From positions 1 to 22,489 of the forward strand of contig JBGCFM010000106.1 in the NCBI GenBank assembly GCA_045106895.1: a stretch of 22,489 bases of DNA, written 5' to 3'. Below, piece after piece: positions 16,357 through 22,489 of the stretch. Each line of letters begins with the position of its first letter. Positions within the stretch are counted from its first letter, which is position 1. This stretch comes from Polyangiales bacterium. GTDB lineage: Bacteria; Myxococcota_A; Polyangia; Polyangiales; Houyiibacteriaceae. The notes beneath the pieces were generated by a model. The model did not search any database and was not told where the DNA came from. It was given only the letters and a program-made list of their open reading frames with translations. The translations under genes were made by a program, and so were the position numbers.

Positions 16357-16875
16357 TCAGAGCGCTCCTCGACGCTCCTCACGCAGGTAGCGACCCCACT
16401 CGGCGTCGTAGGGGTGCACGCGGCTGGCGCGTCCGCGCTCATCGCAGAGGAGCCGGTCCTCGTTGGCCCACTGGAAGATGCCGCCGATGAGGTTTTTCAC
16501 GGAGCGTGCGCCGGCGGCTCGCACGGCGGGCATGAGCTCCGCGCTTCGGTAGCCCACGGAGCAATAGACCACGACATCTCGGCCGCGTAGCTGCAGCTGG
16601 CTCAAGTCCGTCGTTCCTGGCTCGATACGAATGGCGCCGTGGAGGTGACTCTGAGCGAACTCCGCTGGCGCGCGTACGTCCAGGAGAATAGGGCGCTGCG
16701 CCTCAGGCTGCGCGAGACGAGAAGCGAGGTCCGCGGTGCTGATCCACTCCGTACCTGCGTGCTCACGGTCGATGGCCCCTCGGAGCGACACGGGTGAGGT
16801 CTGTGCGAAAGCGCTCGCCGTGAAAAAGAATACGAGGCCGGCGCCAAGCGAACTAAGATAGCGGAGGTGGCTCAT
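16357..16875 (-). CDS. Secreted rhodanese-like domain protein
   Basis: Signal peptide (..TASAFA-Q), LLDVRAPAEFAQSHLHGA, active-site loop VVYCSVGYRS, NLIGGIFQWAN, C-terminal VHPYDAEWG. Confidence 0.9.
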   Translation of the reverse strand: MSHLRYLSSLGAGLVFFFTASAFAQTSPVSLRGAIDREHAGTEWISTADLASRLAQPEAQRPILLDVRAPAEFAQSHLHGAIRIEPGTTDLSQLQLRGRDVVVYCSVGYRSAELMPAVRAAGARSVKNLIGGIFQWANEDRLLCDERGRASRVHPYDAEWGRYLREERRGAL

Positions 16876-16912
16876 ACGCTAAGGTCTCTGGAGCGACGCG
16901 AGGCATAAGGCA

Positions 16913-18583
16913 ATGGGCCTTCTCGATCCCAAACCAGCGCCCTACGATGGCCTGGAGTGGTGCAAGCTGCCTTTCGCGCGACGCGGCGCGATGGTCTGCG
17001 ATGCGTGGGCCATGGACGGCTACGGGACGCCGATGGCGGCGTATGTCTTCTACGCCGTCAAAATGGCGCTGTATATCTGGGGGTGGGCCGCTTTTTGTTC
17101 GCTCTCGCCTTCTCTCGGCGGTGTCAGCGAGATCGGCGCGTGGTGGCTGGAGCCTCTGGCGTTCCAGAAGGCGGTGATCTGGAGCCTGGTCTTCGAAGGC
17201 ACCGGCTTTGGGTGCGGAAGCGGACCCCTTACGGGTCGCTATCTCCCGCCCATCGGCGGCATGTTCTATTGGCTCCGCCCCGGCACGACGAAGCTCCCGC
17301 TCTTCGACCTTCCGCTCCTCGGCGGCGTTCGTCGCACCTGGCTGGATGTCGGCGTCTACGCGTCGCTCCACGGCGCCGCGCTCTACGCGCTCTGTCTTCC
17401 GGTTATCGACCCGGCGATCGTTGCGCTCATCGTGGGCCTCGCTTTCGTCCTGGGCGTCCTCGATCGAACGGCGTTCCTCGCGCTTCGCCCCGAGCACTAT
17501 GTCGTCGTCCTCGCCTGTTACGCGCTCCCCGGAAACGCCCTCGCTGGCGCCCAGGTGGTGACGCTCGCGCTCTGGTTCTGGGCGGGCTTCTCCAAGCTCA
17601 ACTCGCACTTCCCCTACGTGGCGTGCGTGATGACGAGCAACAGTCCCGTGACGCGTTTTCGGTGGATGCGCCGACTCGTCTACCGCGACTATCCCCACGA
17701 CATTCGTCCCTCACGTTTGGCGAAGACGATGGCCCACGCGGGCACGGCGCTGGAACTGGGTGTCCCCACGCTCTTCGTCCTCAGCTCTTTGCAGCACGGC
17801 GCTGCGGCTCACGGCATCCTCGTGGCCGCGATGGTCGCGATGCTCCTGCTTCACGGATACATCCTCAGCAATGTTCCGATGGGCGTGCCCCTCGAGTGGA
17901 ACGTCATGGTTGTCTATTCCGCCTTTGTGCTCTTCTGGGCGCACCCTGCCGTCGCACCGGTGGAGGCGTTCTCAAGTCCCGGCGCCGGCGCGCTTCTCTT
18001 CGCCGCGAGCATCGCGCTGCCTCTCGTCGGCAATATCTGGCCCGCACGTATCTCGTTCCTTTTGGCGATGCGCTACTACGCGGGCAACTGGCCCTTCAGC
18101 GTCTGGCTCTTTCGTGGCGATAGCCACCGCAAGCTCGAGCGTCTCACGACCTCATCGCCGTGGGTCTACGACCAGCTCGCGCATTTCTACGACGAGCAGA
18201 CCAGCCGCGCCCTCGTCGGAAAGGTCCTCGGCTTTCGCCTTATGCATCTCCATGGTCGCGTCCTTCGTTTTTTGATTCCGCGCGCCGTCGAGTGCTTTGA
18301 AGAGTACGAATACCTGGACGGCGAGATCATCGGGGGCCTCGTGCTCGGGTGGAACTTTGGAGACGGCCACCTTCATCGCGAGGCGCTCCTCAAACGCGTG
18401 CAGGAGCAGTGTGAGTTCGACGAAGGAGAGCTCCGCTGCATCTTCGTCGGCGCCCAAGGGCTCGGCTCCAAGATCCTCCCGTTCCGCATCGTCGACGCCA
18501 AGAGCGGCGAGCTTGAGCGAGGCGAGGTGCTCGTCGCGGACCTTCATGAGCGGCAGGCCTGGGATGCGGGGCATGCTGACTGA
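16913..18583 (+). CDS. DUF3556 family multi-pass membrane protein
   Basis: 556 aa. Motifs GYGTP, GCGSGPLTGRY.PPIGG..YWLRPGT.KLP, AGFSKLNSHFP, P.GVPLEWN, SFL.AMRYYAGNW, GWNFGDGHLH recalled for this family. Confidence 0.85.
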   Translation: MGLLDPKPAPYDGLEWCKLPFARRGAMVCDAWAMDGYGTPMAAYVFYAVKMALYIWGWAAFCSLSPSLGGVSEIGAWWLEPLAFQKAVIWSLVFEGTGFGCGSGPLTGRYLPPIGGMFYWLRPGTTKLPLFDLPLLGGVRRTWLDVGVYASLHGAALYALCLPVIDPAIVALIVGLAFVLGVLDRTAFLALRPEHYVVVLACYALPGNALAGAQVVTLALWFWAGFSKLNSHFPYVACVMTSNSPVTRFRWMRRLVYRDYPHDIRPSRLAKTMAHAGTALELGVPTLFVLSSLQHGAAAHGILVAAMVAMLLLHGYILSNVPMGVPLEWNVMVVYSAFVLFWAHPAVAPVEAFSSPGAGALLFAASIALPLVGNIWPARISFLLAMRYYAGNWPFSVWLFRGDSHRKLERLTTSSPWVYDQLAHFYDEQTSRALVGKVLGFRLMHLHGRVLRFLIPRAVECFEEYEYLDGEIIGGLVLGWNFGDGHLHREALLKRVQEQCEFDEGELRCIFVGAQGLGSKILPFRIVDAKSGELERGEVLVADLHERQAWDAGHAD

Positions 18584-18605
18584 GCTGCTAACCGGGTAAC
18601 GCGGC

Positions 18606-18737
18606 AGGCGGGAGGAAGGGGCAGGGGGTGGAGCCTCCAACACCGGCGGCTTGTGTCCTCGGCTTCGCCGACTCGACAAGACGAGCCTTTGGCTCGTGCG
18701 GTGGAGTCGGCTCCACCCCCTGCCCCTTCCTCCGCCT
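18606..18737. repeat. Palindromic intergenic element (REP/MITE-like), copy 1, with perfect 25-bp inverted repeats
   Basis: GGAGGAAGGGGCAGGGGGTGGAGCC (18611-18635) and its exact reverse complement (18709-18733). Internal hairpins TCGGC-TTC-GCCGA and ACGAGCC-TTT-GGCTCGT. Confidence 0.85.
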
Positions 18738-18907
18738 TTCCTTCCCGTCCAAGCCATCATGAACGTGGGGGTGAGTGGCAGTCTCCGACAGGTCTGCGAC
18801 CTGCGTCGATCGCCGTGGTGGCACGGCTTACGAAGCATACGTTCCGCTCAGGTGTTGACGCGGGGACGCTGCATGGCGTTAGGGCTCGGCTTCCTCCACA
18901 CAGCAGC

Positions 18908-18992
18908 CGGGAGGAAGGGGGTGGAGCCTCCAACACCGGCGGCTTGTGTCCTCGGCTTCGCCGACTCGACAAGACGTGCCTTTGACTCGTGC
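18908..18992. repeat. Truncated second copy of the palindromic element
   Basis: 18916-18992 matches 18623-18699 at 75/77 nt (offset 293). CGGGAGGAAGGGG is shared upstream. The right arm is missing. Confidence 0.85.
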
Positions 18993-19011
18993 AACACACG
19001 CCTCACGGACT

Positions 19012-19857
19012 CTACTTCGACGAGGGTTCGACGGGACAACCGTCGAGGGTGATGCGATGCATGACGCGGCGGTGGCCGGCGTAGTCGTTTTTCGCGAAGT
19101 GCCAGGTAGCGCGGTTGTCCCAGAACGCCACGGATCCCGGCTTCCACTTGAACTTCGCCACGTGGCGAGGCCGCGTTGCATGCCAGTAGAGGTACGCGAG
19201 AAGAGGAGCGGAGGTCAGCGTGCTCTGATGTTCGAAGCGCAGGGTGAACCCAGGGTTTACGTAGAGCGCCTCGCGTCCTGAGAGGGGGTGGTTGATCACG
19301 ACGGGGTGGACGACGTCGTCCATGGCGTTCGCCAGCTCTGGGTTGAAGACGGTCTCGTCGTTTCGGATCAGGCGCCGAAGAAGAGAGCCTCTGGAGCCAA
19401 AGACGTGCTTCGAGGAGTGGACGGCGCTCTTTCGGCGCAGCAGACGTCTTACTGGCGTGGGCAAACGTTCGAACGCATCGGCCATGTTCACAAACCACGT
19501 GTCGCCGCCGTAGGGCGGCAGCTCGCGGGCGACGAGGATCGAGCCGAGGGCCGGCTCTCGGTCATACGAGTGATCCGTGTGCCAGACCCCGCCGGTGTTC
19601 GAGCGCTGCGTCGGTTCTTTCGCGACGAGGGCGATCTCTGGACGTGGGCTCTTCGGAAAGAAGCGGTTCACGTTGATAGTGCCGAAACGTTTGGCGAGGG
19701 CGATGTGATCGTCTTCGCTTAGCTCTTGGTCTCGGAAGAAGAGCAGCCCGTGCTTGTTGAAGAGTTCACGGATGGCCCCAAAGGTCTCATCGTCGATGCT
19801 CCGAAGGTCCACGCCGGAGATCACGATGCCGGCGCCGGGGTGAGGTCGAGTCAGCAA
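19012..19857 (-). CDS. TauD/TfdA family Fe(II)/2-oxoglutarate dioxygenase
   Basis: GVDL..., HGLLFFRDQ, iron motif WHTDHSY, GGDTWF, HPVVINHP.SGREALYVN, FWDNRATWH, RRVMHR. Start set at TTG 19857 (GAGGG 6 nt upstream), overlapping the kinase stop. Confidence 0.88.
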   Translation of the reverse strand: MLTRPHPGAGIVISGVDLRSIDDETFGAIRELFNKHGLLFFRDQELSEDDHIALAKRFGTINVNRFFPKSPRPEIALVAKEPTQRSNTGGVWHTDHSYDREPALGSILVARELPPYGGDTWFVNMADAFERLPTPVRRLLRRKSAVHSSKHVFGSRGSLLRRLIRNDETVFNPELANAMDDVVHPVVINHPLSGREALYVNPGFTLRFEHQSTLTSAPLLAYLYWHATRPRHVAKFKWKPGSVAFWDNRATWHFAKNDYAGHRRVMHRITLDGCPVEPSSK

Positions 19858-21575
19858 TCCGCGCCCTCTTTTTGTTCTAAGACCTCGGGAAGCTGAAGCG
19901 ACACCGTGAAGGTTGCGCCTTGGCTCGGGGCGCTCTTCACTCCGACGGTGGCGCCCATCTGAGTGCAGAGATGTTTGACGATGGCGAGTCCGAGGCCGGT
20001 GCCTCCGACGTCTCGCGAGCGTCCTTCGTCGACGCGGTAGAAGCGTTCGAAGAGACGACCGTGATGCACCGCGGCGATGCCGGGGCCAGGGTTGTGGACG
20101 CCGACCTTGACGTTCTCGTCGACGTTCACAGTGACGTTCACGGCAGAGCCTTCGGGCGCATACTTGATGGCGTTGTCGACGAGGTTCACGAGCACCTGGT
20201 CGAGACCTCGATGGCTGGCCCATGCGGTCACGGGCTCTCCCGTGGGCATGTAGAGAAGCTGAATGTTCCGCTCCTCCGCTTTGGACGTTAGGCCGCGCAT
20301 CACCTCGGAGACAGCCTTCTCCACGTCGACGCGCTCCATGGCGAGGTTGTGTTCCGGCGACTCGGCTTTGGAGAGCGCCGAGAGGTCACCGACGAGGGCG
20401 TCGAGGCGCCGCGTGTGCCGCAGAATCACATCCAGAAAACGCGTCGCGGCTTCGGGATCGTCGATGGCGCCATCGCGAAGCGTCTCGGCGAAGCCACGGA
20501 TGGCCGTCAGCGGCGTTCGCAGCTCGTGGCTGGCGTTGGCCACGAAGTCTCGGCGGACGCGGTCTGCGTGGCGTAGGCCGGAGACATCATGGAGGACGAC
20601 GACGACGCCGGTCTCGTCGGGAAGGCGCGCGACCTCCGCCGTGAGGTAGTAGCGGTGGCCGCGGTCTTCGAACTCGAACTCGACTTGGTTTGCGTCTTGG
20701 TGTCGTGCGGCGCGGACCGCTTCGTGGAGATGCGAGTGACCGAAGACTTCGCTGGACGTCTTGCCGATGGCTTCCTTGCCGGCGAGGATCTCAAAGGCCG
20801 CGTTGGTCTCGGTGATGCGGCCTAGCGGATCCGTCACGAAGACCGCTTCGACCATGGCGTCGAGGACGGTTCGGAGGCGATCCTGTTCTCCGCGCAGGTT
20901 GCTGATTCGATCGTCGAGGAGATCCGCCATTCGGTCGAGAGCACGTCCAATCTGACCGAGCTCGTCGTCGCGGTTGCTCTCGGTGCGCGCGCTCAGATCG
21001 CCAGAGGCGAGGGCGTCAGCGACGCGCGTAAGTTCGCGGGCGGGTTCGACGAGGGTTCTGCCCAAAACGTACGTGAGGAACACGGCGACGAGGGCCGCCA
21101 TGATGCCGCCGATGATGACGAGCTCGCGAACGGACGCCCGAACGCTCGTGCTGAAGGTCGTGGGCAAGGACGCCTGAACGATGACGTCGCCATCTCGCGC
21201 GAAGTAAACATGTTGAGCGAGGAGTTCAGCGTGGGACGTGCCGTTGACCTGAAACTCGGAGAGAGCTTCGTCGAAGATGCCCTCGTCACCGACGGGGGAG
21301 GGGTACGCGCTGTGCGCGATGATGTGCTCGTCTCGGATCACCGCGAGACTGCAGCCGACCTCGGAGCCGACGCGTGACGCAGCCTCTTGGTAGCTACGCT
21401 CGCCGCCTTCGGCTTCCAGCACCTGCGTGGCCGCGTCCGAGAGCAGCTCTTGTGCGAGCTGCCGCAGGCGATACTCCACGAGGGGGTCTTCCAGGAGCAG
21501 CAGAACGAGAACGAGGGCGCCGATCGCCGTGACGATGGCACTCACCAAGCTCCGCCGCAGACCACCCGCGTTCAT
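19851..21575 (-). CDS. phoR: PhoR-like sensor histidine kinase (TM-HAMP-PAS-HisKA-HATPase)
   Basis: HAMP (DDELGQIGRALDRMA), PAS (LDAMVEAVFVTD..G.I...N), H-box RRDFVANASHELRTPLTAIRGFAETL, N-box NLVDNAIKY, and FERFYRVDEGRSRDVGGTGLGLAIVKH, which is typical of PhoR. Start taken at ATG 21575. Confidence 0.8.
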   Translation of the reverse strand: MNAGGLRRSLVSAIVTAIGALVLVLLLLEDPLVEYRLRQLAQELLSDAATQVLEAEGGERSYQEAASRVGSEVGCSLAVIRDEHIIAHSAYPSPVGDEGIFDEALSEFQVNGTSHAELLAQHVYFARDGDVIVQASLPTTFSTSVRASVRELVIIGGIMAALVAVFLTYVLGRTLVEPARELTRVADALASGDLSARTESNRDDELGQIGRALDRMADLLDDRISNLRGEQDRLRTVLDAMVEAVFVTDPLGRITETNAAFEILAGKEAIGKTSSEVFGHSHLHEAVRAARHQDANQVEFEFEDRGHRYYLTAEVARLPDETGVVVVLHDVSGLRHADRVRRDFVANASHELRTPLTAIRGFAETLRDGAIDDPEAATRFLDVILRHTRRLDALVGDLSALSKAESPEHNLAMERVDVEKAVSEVMRGLTSKAEERNIQLLYMPTGEPVTAWASHRGLDQVLVNLVDNAIKYAPEGSAVNVTVNVDENVKVGVHNPGPGIAAVHHGRLFERFYRVDEGRSRDVGGTGLGLAIVKHLCTQMGATVGVKSAPSQGATFTVSLQLPEVLEQKEGADC

Positions 21576-21676
21576 GCTGGGTGTGTAGCACAACAGCGGG
21601 GGCGGGCTCTCCGCTTCGGGAATTGCCCAACGCCAATCCCGCTTCCGGATTCGGGGGCGCGTCCTACCTTGGTCCG

Positions 21677-22180
21677 ATGGAGTCGGCCACAGTTCGCACA
21701 GTGTTTGCTCGTCAACCCGAAGGGTACCGCGGAGAGTCCTCTGAATTGTCGGTTTGCGTCGACGGGGCTTGGATTCCGCGCACGAAGAAGGGATGGAGTC
21801 CTCAAGCGATTCGAGCAGCGGAGCTCGTTTCGTGGACGATGAGTCTTGCTGCCACCGCGTGTGCAGTTCTTGTGGCGGCGCCTTTCGTTGTGTACGGACT
21901 ATTGATCTCCTGGGTCATCTTTACTGACAAGGTCGTTCCCACCCTCGCCGAGGACGTGGAGCTGTCCCCGCGATGGCGTGCGCCGCAGGCGCGGGTGCTT
22001 CAGCTCAAAGGGCGCCTTGAGAACGTCCGCATCCAAGCCGACGGCGACGAGTACGAAGTCGCCGCCACGGTGGAAGGTAAGCAGGAGCGCTTGGCCACGT
22101 GCCTAAGCCACGCGGAGGCGCTCACGCTTTCTTCGGCGTGCGCAGGGGGACATGACATGGATCGCGCAAGCCTTGCCTAG
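21677..22180 (+). CDS. Hypothetical membrane protein (~167 aa)
   Basis: Start at ATG 21677, 6 nt after TACCTT. Central hydrophobic hairpin (LAATACAVLVAAPFVVYGLLISWVIF). Confidence 0.6.
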   Translation: MESATVRTVFARQPEGYRGESSELSVCVDGAWIPRTKKGWSPQAIRAAELVSWTMSLAATACAVLVAAPFVVYGLLISWVIFTDKVVPTLAEDVELSPRWRAPQARVLQLKGRLENVRIQADGDEYEVAATVEGKQERLATCLSHAEALTLSSACAGGHDMDRASLA

Positions 22181-22489
22181 GTGTGCCAAGTTGCCCCGGC
22201 TGGCGCTTCCTATGTGGAACGCCGTTCATCCTTGCTGGTGGAAGATCACGACGGCGAACGCCCGTCGTCTTGTCGCGACCTTTGAGCTGGCGGCCCTCGA
22301 TTCGCTCCTCGGCCGGGCTGGCTTCGCAGAGATCCCAAGCGATGTCGCCGGCGAAGGAAAGACCGGCGGAGTCGGGCCTCTCCTTGAAGCGGCGCTGCCT
22401 ATCGCGAGCTCCCGCCTCGTCGAACCCGTGGCTCAGGGACTCTCCGGGAGACAAGGACGAAAGCCTGCCCGCCGGTGGCTCTTGGCCCA
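22152..22489 (+). CDS. Possible 5' part of a hypothetical gene running off the window
   Basis: The frame is open from ATG 22152 (MTWIAQALP...TFELAALDSLLGRAGFAEIP...) to the window end and overlaps the previous gene's end. No family recognised, and the antisense frame is also open. Confidence 0.3.
   Translation, partial: MTWIAQALPRCAKLPRLALPMWNAVHPCWWKITTANARRLVATFELAALDSLLGRAGFAEIPSDVAGEGKTGGVGPLLEAALPIASSRLVEPVAQGLSGRQGRKPARRWLLA

Noticed and set aside
18623..18992. CRISPR array
   Set aside because: There are only two 77-nt copies separated by ~216 nt, the repeat and spacer sizes are wrong, and there are no cas genes.
19858..20223. Arg-rich N-terminal extension of the 403-aa TauD ORF (fusion or frameshift)
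   Set aside because: It is an off-frame read of the kinase 3' end. TauD similarity starts at ~19857, where a TTG with an RBS exists.
22122..22454. 110-aa minus-strand ORF at the right edge
   Set aside because: It has no recognisable motifs, overlaps the preceding gene, and mirrors an open plus-strand frame. It cannot be resolved without flanking sequence.

Overview
GC-rich bacterial window whose gene content suggests Myxococcota (inference). Most of it is ordinary chromosome: a YqiJ/NfeD-like membrane protein, a tamB-tamA pair, a coupled FAD reductase/GT2/DUF2064 operon, an SDR, a rhodanese, a DUF3556 membrane protein, a PhoR-like kinase overlapping a TauD-family dioxygenase, and several hypotheticals. 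The standout is a self-contained unit at about 13320-15125. A sigma54 (-24/-12) promoter precedes a ~520-nt highly structured leader containing a circularly permuted tRNA-Lys(UUU)-like element: 3' half first, acceptor stem capped by a C(UCCG)G tetraloop, opened in the anticodon loop, i.e. bacterial Y RNA (YrlA-type) architecture. A second, degenerate tRNA-like module follows, then a soluble slipin/SPFH protein with three N-terminal repeats and an intrinsic terminator. No Ro60/Rsr, RtcB, RtcA or RtcR gene is in the window. Also seen: two further sigma54 motifs and three TAnnnT motifs placed for leaderless mRNAs, and a duplicated palindromic REP/MITE-like element at 18.6-19.0 kb. All calls were made by eye, without database searches.
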